A DNA stretch of 64,000 bases, from the NCBI GenBank assembly GCA_023267755.1, contig JAHFMR010000003.1:7315-71314 (forward strand). The letters run 5' to 3'. Below, piece after piece: positions 48,161 to 57,664 of the stretch. The stretch is from a bacterium (GTDB lineage Bacteria; Patescibacteriota; Minisyncoccia; Phycocordibacterales; Phycocordibacteraceae). Numbering within the stretch: position 1 is the first letter of the stretch; every line of letters starts with the position of its first letter. The position numbers and the translations under genes were made by a program. Below the pieces are notes generated by a model. That model saw only the letters and a list, made by a program, of their open reading frames with translations, did not search any database and was not told the DNA's origin.

Positions 48161-49408
48161 TTATTTCCCATTCGTAAGGAAGTCGATCGCGCGCTGGACC
48201 TGCGAATCTTTCTCTTCAGGCGAGGCGGCCTTAGTGTAGGCGACCTTGATGTCCGGCGTGATGCCGTTACCCATAATCCAGTGCCCGGCGGGGGTTATCC
48301 AGCGCGCCACAGTCACCTTAAGCGAGCCCTTGTCGAGGTCAATAAGCGTCTGCACCGAGCCCTTACCGAAGGACTGCAGGCCGATAATCTTAGCGACCTT
48401 CGCGTCTTGGAGCGCGCCCGAGAGAATCTCGGAGGCAGAGGCGGAGCCGCCGTCGATAAGCACCACGATTTCAGTCCCCGCCGGGACATCGTTGTAGCCG
48501 AGGCTGGTATGCACCTGATTCTTATCCTTACCGCCAAAGTCTTCGGTCACGACAGTCGCACCCTTGGGGAGGAAGTGGCTCGCGATGTCGACCGCCGCGT
48601 CGAGATAGCCGCCCGGATTGGAGCGCAGATCGATAATCAGCTTCTTAGCGCCCGACGCCTTGAATCGCGAGAAGGCCTGATCAAAGAGATCGGCCGAGTT
48701 CGCGGTGAACTCAAAGAGCGCGATGCTGTACACGCCACTTGCCGCGTCGAGACTGTCTTTGGTCTCGGGCACCTGAATAGTGTCGCGGACGACCTTGATG
48801 TCGAGCGCCTTCCCATCACGCACCAGCCCGAAGTCGACTGTTGTACCGACAGGGCCGCGAATCTTCGTCACCGCCTTCTCGGTCGAGAGGCCGTCGGTCG
48901 ACTTCCCGTCGATCGTTGCGATAAGGTCGCCTGCTTGGATACCCGCCTTCTCAGCCGGTGTCCCCTTGAGCGGCGCGATGACGGTGAGGATACCGTTCTT
49001 CACATCGATCTCCATCCCCACTCCCGCAAAGCTCCCCGAGATATTGTCGGCAAACGCCTTGGCCTCAACCGGCGGGAAGTAGACCGTGTACGGATCGCCG
49101 TAGGAGGCGGCGAGTCCTTGTATCGCACCGAACATCTTCTCCTTGGTTGTTGGGATTGTCGAGGAGGCGTGCGTGACGACATAGTTGGTATCGAGTGCAT
49201 TCCACGCTTTCCAGAAATCGGTGAAGTCGGCGCCTTGGTTCGGGGTAGAATCGAGCCCATCGCCCACCAGCGGGATATGAGAGACGATGACCGTCGGCGT
49301 TGCGCCAGTGCCGCCGACAACAAGTCCCGCGCCAAACGCGAGTGCCGCGACGAGTGCATACGCGATACCGCGTGCGACGATGTTCTTCTTTACGTATTCC
49401 GACTCCAT
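48161..49408 (-). CDS. ctpA: S41 carboxyl-terminal processing protease
   Basis: GDPYT, PDZ domain (GVGME, PAEKAGI..GD), DLRSNPGG, SASASEI, FGKGSVQ, GITPD. Confidence 0.93.
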   Translation of the reverse strand: MESEYVKKNIVARGIAYALVAALAFGAGLVVGGTGATPTVIVSHIPLVGDGLDSTPNQGADFTDFWKAWNALDTNYVVTHASSTIPTTKEKMFGAIQGLAASYGDPYTVYFPPVEAKAFADNISGSFAGVGMEIDVKNGILTVIAPLKGTPAEKAGIQAGDLIATIDGKSTDGLSTEKAVTKIRGPVGTTVDFGLVRDGKALDIKVVRDTIQVPETKDSLDAASGVYSIALFEFTANSADLFDQAFSRFKASGAKKLIIDLRSNPGGYLDAAVDIASHFLPKGATVVTEDFGGKDKNQVHTSLGYNDVPAGTEIVVLIDGGSASASEILSGALQDAKVAKIIGLQSFGKGSVQTLIDLDKGSLKVTVARWITPAGHWIMGNGITPDIKVAYTKAASPEEKDSQVQRAIDFLTNGK

Positions 49409-49457
49409 TGTTCGTAGAGTGTAGCACGGCCGAAATATCCCATGCTATTCTAGAGCT

Positions 49458-50378
49458 ATGATTTCTCGACACGACTATCGAGGCGGTGTGTGGGTCGACC
49501 TCGAACAGCCTACCGAAGAAGAGATTCGTGAAGTCGCCGAGGAGTTCGCTATCAGCGAACGGCTCGAGCGGGAACTCCTCTCCCCTACCCCCTCGCCACT
49601 CGTCGCGAACGAGAGCGATATGGCGCTCCTCGTACTTCACTTCCCTGCGCACGGCGCCGAAGACGGTGCTACCGAGAACCAGGAGGTCGACTTCATCGTG
49701 GGGAATAACTTCATCTTAACCGTGCGCTACGAGGTCGTCGCGCCGCTTCACCATCTCCAGAAGCTCCTCGAGGCCCAGAGCCTCGTTTCGAAACACGCGG
49801 CGCTTACAACCGACGTCTTGCTCGAAGTGCTCTTCGCGCACCTCTACACCTCGATGCGCGATCATACCAACCATATTGTGAGCCGTCTCACGCGCATCGA
49901 GGAAGATATGTTCGACGGCGCCGAGCGCAAGACGATTATCTCTATCTTGCGCGTCAGTCGCGAATTCCTGCATATGGAGACAACGATCGCTAACCAAGAA
50001 GAGCCGCTTAGCCGCTTCCTCTCGCTCCTCGCACAGAAGAACTCATTCGGCACTTCCTTCTCCGAACGCGGAGGACGCATCCTCGACGGACGCAATCAGG
50101 TCGCACGCCTCATCAAGACACATCGTGCGATAGCGGCCGAGCTGCGCGAGACAAACATCGCTCTCCTGGAGTCAAGACAGAACGAGATTATGAAGATGCT
50201 CACCATCATCACCGTCATCGTTCTCCCGCTCGAGCTTATCGCAGTCACCTTCGGCATCCACGCGCCAGGGACGCCGGTCGAGGGGAGCCCCAACGCATTC
50301 TGGATTATCCTCGGGATTATGTTCGGCACGATGACGGTGATGACTCTCTTCTTCGCGAGGAGACGCTGGCTCTTCTAA
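49458..50378 (+). CDS. CorA family divalent cation transporter (divergent)
   Basis: WVDL..PT..E, NEIMKMLTI, two C-terminal TMs; GMN signature appears as GIH. Confidence 0.85.
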   Translation: MISRHDYRGGVWVDLEQPTEEEIREVAEEFAISERLERELLSPTPSPLVANESDMALLVLHFPAHGAEDGATENQEVDFIVGNNFILTVRYEVVAPLHHLQKLLEAQSLVSKHAALTTDVLLEVLFAHLYTSMRDHTNHIVSRLTRIEEDMFDGAERKTIISILRVSREFLHMETTIANQEEPLSRFLSLLAQKNSFGTSFSERGGRILDGRNQVARLIKTHRAIAAELRETNIALLESRQNEIMKMLTIITVIVLPLELIAVTFGIHAPGTPVEGSPNAFWIILGIMFGTMTVMTLFFARRRWLF

Positions 50379-50381
50379 TGT

Positions 50382-51839
50382 ATGGGGCTGTTCGCACGTC
50401 TATTCAAGAAAAGAGAAGCGGCTGATCATAATCGCCCTGCGCCAATATTCTTCGCCAATACGCTCTCGGGCCGTAAAGAGCTCTTCGTGCCGCAACGTCC
50501 GGGCATCGTCCTCTTCTATTCCTGTGGACCCACGGTGTACGGCCCAGCGCATATCGGCAATCTGCGTGCTTATATCTTTTCCGACACTATTGCGCGCGTA
50601 CTTGAGGCCACCGGCTACCGCGTGCGGCGCGTAATCAACATCACGGACGTCGGCCACCTCGTGGGCGACGGCGATCGCGGCGAGGACAAGATGGCGGTGG
50701 GCGCCGAGCGCGAGAAGACGACTCCTGAAGCAATCGCCGAGCGCTACACGCGACAATTTATCGAAGACCTCGACACGCTTGCTATTACTACGAGCGATAT
50801 CCAGTTCCCGCGCGCGACTGCTTATATCAAAGAACAAATCGCTCTGGCTAAAACACTTGAGGAAAAAGGCTTCGCCTACTACATCCCCGACGGGCTCTAT
50901 TTTGATACGCAAAAGTTTCCGGGATACGGCAAGCTCGGCGACCTCGTCGGTGTGAAGCTCGAGGCTGGCGCACGCGTCGGACTGGTCAAGGGTAAGCGTC
51001 ACTCGTCCGACTTCGCGCTCTGGCGCACTGCCAAGCAGGGCGATCTCCAGCAATGGGACAGTCCGTGGGGCCGCGGCAATCCGGGCTGGCACGTAGAATG
51101 TTCGGCGATGGCGCGCTCGCTCTTGGGCCAAGAAATTGATATTCACACGGGCGGAGAGGATCACATCGCTATTCACCACAACAACGAAATAGCCCAGTCA
51201 GAGGCAGCGAGCGGACGCACTTTCGTCCATTACTGGATGCACAGTGCCTTCCTCACGATGAACGGAGAGAAAGCGTCGAAGTCACTTGGTAATGTCGTCT
51301 ATCTCTCTGATGTCGTCGCAAAAGGATTCCATCCGCTCGCACTCCGCTATTTCTTCCTCCAGGCGCACTATCGCACTCCCCTCTCCTTCTCGTGGGACGC
51401 GCTTGCGGGCGCTGGTAACGCACTCGATCGACTCTGGAAGCTCTCTGATGAGATCGCAGAAGAATCGCGCGAAAAGAGCGCTCCGTCTGAAGCACGCGAC
51501 CGTTTCCTCGTCGCGATGCGTGACGATCTCGCGACGCCTCAAGCGCTCGGCATCCTCTGGGAGACCCTCCGAAGCGAGGAATACACGCCCGAGGAGAAAT
51601 GGGGACTCCTTCAAGACGCTGAAGTACACCTCGGGCTCTCACTCACTATGCCGCCGCTCGCTCCCGAGATGACTCCCGCGGATATCCCAGAAGACGTTCG
51701 CACACTGCTCGCTAAGCGCGAAGATGCTCGCCTTTCCAAGGATTTTACCCAGGCAGACCGTATCCGAGATGAGATTCTGAACAGGGGATATCATGTGGAA
51801 GACGGCCCAAATGGCCCAGTGTTGACCGGACGCGTATAG
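50382..51839 (+). CDS. cysS: Cysteine--tRNA ligase
   Basis: YSCGPTVY..AHIGN, NITDVGH, PGWHVECSAM, DIHTGG.DH, KASKS. Confidence 0.96.
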   Translation: MGLFARLFKKREAADHNRPAPIFFANTLSGRKELFVPQRPGIVLFYSCGPTVYGPAHIGNLRAYIFSDTIARVLEATGYRVRRVINITDVGHLVGDGDRGEDKMAVGAEREKTTPEAIAERYTRQFIEDLDTLAITTSDIQFPRATAYIKEQIALAKTLEEKGFAYYIPDGLYFDTQKFPGYGKLGDLVGVKLEAGARVGLVKGKRHSSDFALWRTAKQGDLQQWDSPWGRGNPGWHVECSAMARSLLGQEIDIHTGGEDHIAIHHNNEIAQSEAASGRTFVHYWMHSAFLTMNGEKASKSLGNVVYLSDVVAKGFHPLALRYFFLQAHYRTPLSFSWDALAGAGNALDRLWKLSDEIAEESREKSAPSEARDRFLVAMRDDLATPQALGILWETLRSEEYTPEEKWGLLQDAEVHLGLSLTMPPLAPEMTPADIPEDVRTLLAKREDARLSKDFTQADRIRDEILNRGYHVEDGPNGPVLTGRV

Positions 51840-51855
51840 TGGTAAAATCAGTGGG

Positions 51856-53211
51856 ATGGCCACCGACCGCATCCCTCCCCAATCTCTCGAGTCAGAGCGT
51901 GCGCTCCTCGGAGCGCTCCTCCTCAAGCCTGACGCGATTCACGACGTCTCGGACCTTATCCACCCGGACTCTTTCTACGCCGAGAAACATCGGCTCATAT
52001 TCGGTGCGATGCGCGAGCTCGCCGACCGCGGTGAGCCCATCGACCAGCTCACACTCTCACAGCGCCTCTTAGACCAGGGGCTCCTTGAGCGTAGCGGCAG
52101 CCGGAGCTACCTCGCCGAGCTCGCCGGCTCTGCACCAGCTCCAGGAAACTTCTCTCACTACGCTGATCTCGTCTCGCGCAAGCACGTGATGCGCTCTTTA
52201 ATCGACGCCGCGTATACAATCACCGAGACCGCCTACGACGACGCGCGCGACACTATCGAAGTGCTCGACGAAGCGGAGAAAGCAATTTACGCGATCGGCG
52301 ACAAGTCGGCTGCACACGCCTTCACTGCTATCGGTGACAAGGTCCACGAAGCGTGGGAGCGCATCGAGGCTCTCTCGCACAAGGAGGACGGCATCCGTGG
52401 TGTCCCCTCCGGCTTCCCTGCTCTCGATAACCTGCTCTCGGGCTTCCACCCGTCTGACCTTGTTATCCTCGCGGCACGCCCCTCGATGGGTAAGACCGCG
52501 CTCGCACTCGATATCGCGCGCAACGCCGCTGTCCGTCACGGCGTCCCGGTGGGCATCTTCTCGCTCGAGATGAGCTCGGAGCAGCTCATCGATCGTATGC
52601 TCGCGGCAGAGTCATTCGTGAACTCGTGGAAGCTGCGCACTGGCCAGGTGCGTGAAGAGGAAGACTTCAGTCGCATCCGCGATGCACTCGAGACGCTCTC
52701 GAAGGCACCTATCTACATCGACGACAAGCCCGGGAACAATATCCTCGCGATGCGCGCGGTGGCCAGACGTCTCAAGCGCGATCGCGGTATCGGCCTTATC
52801 GTCGTCGACTACCTCCAGCTGATGGCACCCACCTCGACCAAGGCGTCTGATTCACTCGTCCAGCAGGTGACCGAGATCTCGCGCTCGCTCAAGTCGCTTG
52901 CGCGCGAGCTCCAGGTGCCCGTCATCGCACTCTCGCAGCTCTCGCGTGCAGTGGAACAGCGCGGCGGTAAGCCGCGCCTCTCCGACCTGCGCGACTCGGG
53001 CTCTATCGAGCAAGACGCTGATGTCGTGATGTTTATCCATCGCGAGGACAAGCGCAATCCGGAGAGTGAACGCCCCAACGTCGCCGAGATCCTTATCGAG
53101 AAGCACCGCAACGGCCCCACCGGAGCCTGTGAGCTCTTCTTCGATGAGAAGCGTGCCACCTTCCAGCCAGTGGACACTGCCGGCTACGGCGACCTCGCTG
53201 GCGAATTCTAA
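51856..53211 (+). CDS. dnaB: Replicative DNA helicase
   Basis: PPQS.E.E, AARPSMGKT, FSLEMS, VDYLQL, LSQLSR, DLRDSGSIEQDAD, KHRNGP. Confidence 0.97.
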   Translation: MATDRIPPQSLESERALLGALLLKPDAIHDVSDLIHPDSFYAEKHRLIFGAMRELADRGEPIDQLTLSQRLLDQGLLERSGSRSYLAELAGSAPAPGNFSHYADLVSRKHVMRSLIDAAYTITETAYDDARDTIEVLDEAEKAIYAIGDKSAAHAFTAIGDKVHEAWERIEALSHKEDGIRGVPSGFPALDNLLSGFHPSDLVILAARPSMGKTALALDIARNAAVRHGVPVGIFSLEMSSEQLIDRMLAAESFVNSWKLRTGQVREEEDFSRIRDALETLSKAPIYIDDKPGNNILAMRAVARRLKRDRGIGLIVVDYLQLMAPTSTKASDSLVQQVTEISRSLKSLARELQVPVIALSQLSRAVEQRGGKPRLSDLRDSGSIEQDADVVMFIHREDKRNPESERPNVAEILIEKHRNGPTGACELFFDEKRATFQPVDTAGYGDLAGEF

Positions 53212-53240
53212 AATGAAAATTGTTTGCGCTTTTTGAATGT

Positions 53241-53864
53241 ATGGATCACATTGACGATCTCGCTCGTGCGCTCGCTCGCTTCCCCGGTATCGGTCCGCGC
53301 CAGGGTAAACGCTTCGTCTATCACTTACTCTCTGCTCCCGCGAGCGAGCGTGCCGAGCTCGCCGAGCTTATCACCGCACTCGGCACAGAAGTGCACCAGT
53401 GCCCTGAGTGCTTGCGTTTCTATACTGACAAATCTAAGACGGTCTGCCGTTACTGCTCCGATCCCTCACGCGACGACAGCGTACTGATGCTGGTCGAAAA
53501 GGATCAGGACCTCACGGCGGTTGAACGCGCGGGCACTTATCGCGGTCGCTACTTCGTCCTTGGTGGCGTCCTCACGCTCTCAGGCAAAGGTGCCATCCGC
53601 GAGAAGGAATTACTGAGAACCATCGAACGTCGTCTCTCATCCTCTCCTGAGCAAGGGCTACCCTTGCTCAAAGAAATCGTGCTCGCGCTCTCGGCTACGA
53701 GCGAGGGCGAGCACACAGCCGACCGTGTGCGCGGGCTCCTCACCTCCTATCGCGAACGAGTAAAGCTCTCGGCGCTCGGCCGCGGCCTCGCTACCGGCAG
53801 CGAGCTCGAGTACTCCGACGCCGAAACGCTGCGCGCTGCGCTCTCTAATCGCAAGGAGGCGTAA
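53241..53864 (+). CDS. recR: Recombination mediator RecR
   Basis: FPGIG, C4 zinc finger, LVE...D, YFVLGG, EGE.TA, G.ELEY.D..TL. Confidence 0.93.
   Translation: MDHIDDLARALARFPGIGPRQGKRFVYHLLSAPASERAELAELITALGTEVHQCPECLRFYTDKSKTVCRYCSDPSRDDSVLMLVEKDQDLTAVERAGTYRGRYFVLGGVLTLSGKGAIREKELLRTIERRLSSSPEQGLPLLKEIVLALSATSEGEHTADRVRGLLTSYRERVKLSALGRGLATGSELEYSDAETLRAALSNRKEA
53648..53670. repeat. Palindrome in-frame in recR
   Basis: TGAGCAAGGG-CTA-CCCTTGCTCA, perfect 10-bp arms, encodes PEQGLPLLK. Confidence 0.75.
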
Positions 53865-53866
53865 AC

Positions 53867-53900
53867 AAGATAAAAGCACCCGTGAGGGTGCTTTTATCTT
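53867..53900. terminator. Bidirectional intrinsic terminator
   Basis: AAGATAAAAGCACCC-GTGA-GGGTGCTTTTATCTT between convergent recR and helicase. Confidence 0.88.
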
Positions 53901-53916
53901 TGTAAAATCGGACTGA

Positions 53917-55281
53917 TTAGCGTTCTTGGACGAAGGTGAGGGCGATACCCTTCATATCGGCGCGGCCAGTGCGGCCGATGCGGTGCACATAGTCCTCATA
54001 GGTACTCGGCAGATCGTAGTTGATCACGTGCGAGACGGCAGGGATATCGAGTCCACGTGCGGCAACGTCGGTCGCTACGAGTGCACTCACCTTACCGCTC
54101 TTGAAGGCCTCAAGCGCGCGGATGCGTGCGCCATAGGTCTTATTGCCGTGAATGCTCTCGGCGTGGATATGCAGACGCGAGAGCGCCTTGGCGAGCTTCT
54201 CAACGCCGAACTTGGTACGGCCGAAGATAAGCACGCGGCTGAACTCGCGGTCCTTAAGCATCTCTGCGAGAATCTCAAACTTATCCTTACCACGTGGGAT
54301 GCGCACCACGTCCTGCTCCACGTTCTTGGAGGTGTCCTGCGTCTTGACCGAGATTATGACTGGGCTCTCGAGGAAGTCGCCGATGAGCTTCTCAATATCC
54401 TTACCCATCGTCGCCGAGAAGAAGAGCGTGTGACGCTCCTTACGCATCTTGGAGAGGATAAGGCGCATATCGTCGATAAAGCCCATATCGAGCATCCGGT
54501 CTGCCTCGTCGAGGACGACCGTACCGAAGTCGGTGAGCACGAGCGCCTTACGCTCGAGGAGATCCTTCAAGCGACCCGGAGTGCCGATAACAAATGCTGG
54601 ATCGTGCTTCAAGTCGCGAATTTGCGGTGTGATGTTGGTACCACCCACCGCGACCATACCGCGGAAGCCGAGCCCCTTGGCAAAGCCGGCGAGCTCCTTC
54701 TCTATCTGGACTGCGAGCTCGCGTGTCGGCGCCATAATCAGGACGCGCTCGCCCTTCTGCTTCATCACCTTGTCGATGAGCGGAATAAGAAAAGCTGCGG
54801 TCTTACCAGTGCCGGTCTCGGCGAGTCCGACCACGTCCTGGCCGAGAAGCGCGTGCGGAATAGCCTTATCCTGGATCGGTGTTGGCGATACATACTTGCG
54901 CGCCTCGATGTTCTTCTTGAGATGCAAGTTGATATCGAAGTCGGCGAACGTGTGCTCGGGGACGAAGACCGGCTCCGAGGTCGTCACGACTGTCTTGTTC
55001 ATAAACTTGGCGATCTCGGCCTCGGTCTCACCGAAGGTGCCGAAGCCGCCACGACGTGCGCCACCACGGCTGCCACCGAAGCTCGGACGGCTGCTGCTGT
55101 AGCTTCTGCTGCCAGATGGGCGGCCACTACCGAAGCGGCGTGGGCCAGCTGACTCACCCCCTGTAGAGCGCGGAGAATATGGCCGACTTGGTCGATCCGT
55201 GTCTCGTGAGCTTCGGCGCGGAGCACCCTTAGCGGGCGCACTGCCGTCTCCTGACTGATGATTCCATCTTCCTATTTGCAT
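53917..55281 (-). CDS. DEAD-box RNA helicase
   Basis: PTPIQ, AETGTGKT, PTRELA, TPGRL, DEAD, SAT, ARGLD, HRIGRTGR; R/G/S-rich N-terminal extension. Confidence 0.96.
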   Translation of the reverse strand: MQIGRWNHQSGDGSAPAKGAPRRSSRDTDRPSRPYSPRSTGGESAGPRRFGSGRPSGSRSYSSSRPSFGGSRGGARRGGFGTFGETEAEIAKFMNKTVVTTSEPVFVPEHTFADFDINLHLKKNIEARKYVSPTPIQDKAIPHALLGQDVVGLAETGTGKTAAFLIPLIDKVMKQKGERVLIMAPTRELAVQIEKELAGFAKGLGFRGMVAVGGTNITPQIRDLKHDPAFVIGTPGRLKDLLERKALVLTDFGTVVLDEADRMLDMGFIDDMRLILSKMRKERHTLFFSATMGKDIEKLIGDFLESPVIISVKTQDTSKNVEQDVVRIPRGKDKFEILAEMLKDREFSRVLIFGRTKFGVEKLAKALSRLHIHAESIHGNKTYGARIRALEAFKSGKVSALVATDVAARGLDIPAVSHVINYDLPSTYEDYVHRIGRTGRADMKGIALTFVQER

Positions 55282-55383
55282 ACGATATAAAGTAAAAGAC
55301 TAGCTTAATAAGCCTCGTGTTGAAGTCTGAACTCGTAAAAAACGTGGAGGAGAATCGATTCCGCAGAATCGCCTACTGGGCGA

Positions 55384-55701
55384 TTAAGAAATGCTATCGA
55401 TCTTGACCTTGATGATCGGTTGGCGGTGGCCGTTGCGCTTGTAGTAGCGGCTCTTCGGCTTGTACTTCACCACCTCGATCTTCGGGGCCCTCCCGACGAG
55501 AACAACAGTGCCCTTGACCTCTGCGCCCTTGATAACAGGCGCACCGATGGTCGTGTCCGAGCCGTTGTCGACGAGGAGCACCTCGCTGAAGACAACTGAG
55601 TCGCCTTTCTTGACCTCTCCCGGGAGCTTCTCAATAGCAATTGTGTCGTCCTTGGAGACGACATACTGCTTCCCGCCGGTCTTGATTACGGCCACTTCCA
55701 T
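55384..55701 (-). CDS. rplU: 50S ribosomal protein L21
   Basis: AVIKTGGKQY.V, IGAP, GHRQP. Confidence 0.96.
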   Translation of the reverse strand: MEVAVIKTGGKQYVVSKDDTIAIEKLPGEVKKGDSVVFSEVLLVDNGSDTTIGAPVIKGAEVKGTVVLVGRAPKIEVVKYKPKSRYYKRNGHRQPIIKVKIDSIS

Positions 55702-55752
55702 AGTCCCTGTAATGTAGCATTTCCGGCCTAAAAAGACAAGGCGAGCCGGAGT

Positions 55753-56568
55753 TTACGACACTTCACTCTGCTTTGCTTTTTTCTTCTTTTCAGAACCATT
55801 CTCGAGCGTAGCTTTAGTGCCCCACGCGAGTTCTTTGGCCAACTTTAGCGGGAGACCCGTATTACGCACTGTTTCCACCCCGTTTACAAGCGCGGCGCCA
55901 AGAAAGAGCACCCGATTGAGAATGGTTGGTTTTACCTGCAGAGCGCCGTTCTTATAATCCGTCTGCATATCGACAAAGGTATCAAATGTATTCGCTCCCC
56001 TTCCGAAACGAGAAAGCGTATACACTAACTTCTGGTATTCTTTTGTATCTTTAAATTCAGGGGGGAGAAAAGGGAGGAAGAGCTTCCCGGTTATCTGCCC
56101 TTCGACCAGTGTTAAGCGGATTAATTTATCTGGATCCGATTCAATTTTGATATCTTCAGTCACTCTCAAGATGAGGGAAAGAAGCGTATGGAGAAAATGC
56201 GCTCGCTCCCCTCCGATTTCTGCCGAGAGCTGTGCTACATCATACATAGCTTGATGCAAATCGAGATCATCAGAAAAATCAACCACTTGCCCTTGGAGCG
56301 AAGCCTTTATGCGCGCAGTAAGCGCTTCCCGTTCTGCAATAGTACGGGAATGATCAATCCGATCATCAACGATACGTATCGCTGACATTAACACTTTCCA
56401 TTGTTGTTTTGTTTGCTCGGGTACGGCTAAGCCATGTGCTGCTTCCACGAGCACAGCGACAGAGCCTGCGGCTTGTTCAAAATTTTTCTTGGAACGCTCT
56501 ATATCTCTTTCCTCTTTGGGTAAAATCGCATCTCCTCCCGAGCCAGCAAAAGATTCTATACCTGCCAT
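55753..56568 (-). CDS. Hypothetical protein, possible isoprenoid synthase (class I terpene synthase-like) fold
   Basis: Predicted all-helical, DDRID (DDxxD) and DTFVDMQTDYKNG aspartate-rich motifs; visibly AT-richer than neighbours. Confidence 0.5.
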   Translation of the reverse strand: MAGIESFAGSGGDAILPKEERDIERSKKNFEQAAGSVAVLVEAAHGLAVPEQTKQQWKVLMSAIRIVDDRIDHSRTIAEREALTARIKASLQGQVVDFSDDLDLHQAMYDVAQLSAEIGGERAHFLHTLLSLILRVTEDIKIESDPDKLIRLTLVEGQITGKLFLPFLPPEFKDTKEYQKLVYTLSRFGRGANTFDTFVDMQTDYKNGALQVKPTILNRVLFLGAALVNGVETVRNTGLPLKLAKELAWGTKATLENGSEKKKKAKQSEVS

Positions 56569-56595
56569 AAGACTAGTATATATGAACTGGTAAGA

Positions 56596-57651
56596 CTATT
56601 CCTCACCGGTAATCGGCTTTTCGAGTAGCTCGGGCTCGATGCCTATCTTGGATTCGGCGATGCGATAGACATCTTTATCTATCTTACCGAGTTCTTTATA
56701 GCCGCTGTTGTAGTGGCTCACGGTGGTCCCGAGCGAGACGCCGAGCTTCTTATAGAACTGCTCATAGGAGCCTATATGCTTCCCCAGCTCCCCCACTCTC
56801 TGCTGGATCTCAACCGCCTTCTTCTCTATCTCGAGTGCCTTTAGCCCCTGCATCACCGTCTGGAGGTAGGCGAGGAAGGATGTCGGTGAGACGATAATCA
56901 CCTTATACTTCCCTGCCGCCCGCTGGATGAGATTTTCCTCGCCGTCACCTCCACCCACTTCGTTGGTCAGGAGGTCGTAGTAGATACCTTCGCTTGGGAT
57001 GAACATAAAGGCGAAGTCCATTGTGTTCTCCTCCGGCCGGATATACTTGGCTGTCTCGGTGATACGGAGCTTCAGGTCATTAACAAAAGCTTTTTCTGCG
57101 GCGTCACGCTCAGGTGTGCCGATTTGTGCACTCACGAAGCGGTTGTAATTGTCGAGCGAGAACTTGGAATCAATTGGCACGATTTTATCGCTCACAAAGA
57201 CAGCGGCGTCCACTATCTCGCCATTCTTAAAGGGATACTGGATCTGGTACATACCCGGCGGGAGGACGTTCTTAAGCACCGTCTCCAAGTAATACTCGCC
57301 GAGGATGCCGCGCTGCTTCGGATTCTTCAGAATGTCTTGGAGATTCTGCAGCTGTTCGGCAAAGCCCTGGGTCTGGCGACCAATCTCCTTCACCGAGGTG
57401 ACTTCCTGGGTGATTTCCTTAATCAGCCGCGCGCTCTCGGTGAACTGACGATGCGCGTTGTCCTGCATCTGCTTAGAGGTCTCGGTGACACGCGCGTCGA
57501 GAGTGCGTTCGAGATTCTGGAGCTGCTGCTGGAGGAGGAGCATCCCGCCCTCTTCCTGGGGCGTCTCGCGACGACGGAAGATGAGGTAGAGCCCCACCCC
57601 CTGCACGAAGAGGAGAGCGAGCACGATAAGCGCGACGGTGAAAATGCTCAT
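56596..57651 (-). CDS. rmuC: DNA recombination protein RmuC
   Basis: N-terminal TM, PKQRG.LGE..LE, PIDSKF, DFAFMFIPSEG, IVSPTS. Confidence 0.92.
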   Translation of the reverse strand: MSIFTVALIVLALLFVQGVGLYLIFRRRETPQEEGGMLLLQQQLQNLERTLDARVTETSKQMQDNAHRQFTESARLIKEITQEVTSVKEIGRQTQGFAEQLQNLQDILKNPKQRGILGEYYLETVLKNVLPPGMYQIQYPFKNGEIVDAAVFVSDKIVPIDSKFSLDNYNRFVSAQIGTPERDAAEKAFVNDLKLRITETAKYIRPEENTMDFAFMFIPSEGIYYDLLTNEVGGGDGEENLIQRAAGKYKVIIVSPTSFLAYLQTVMQGLKALEIEKKAVEIQQRVGELGKHIGSYEQFYKKLGVSLGTTVSHYNSGYKELGKIDKDVYRIAESKIGIEPELLEKPITGEE

Positions 57652-57664
57652 AGACTCCAGTATA

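Noticed and set aside
48110-55152. Long antisense ORFs (48110-49417, 53926-55152, and similar ones opposite dnaK, rpoA and asnB)
   Set aside because: They are shadows of well-supported genes on the other strand in GC-rich codon usage and show no recognisable motifs.
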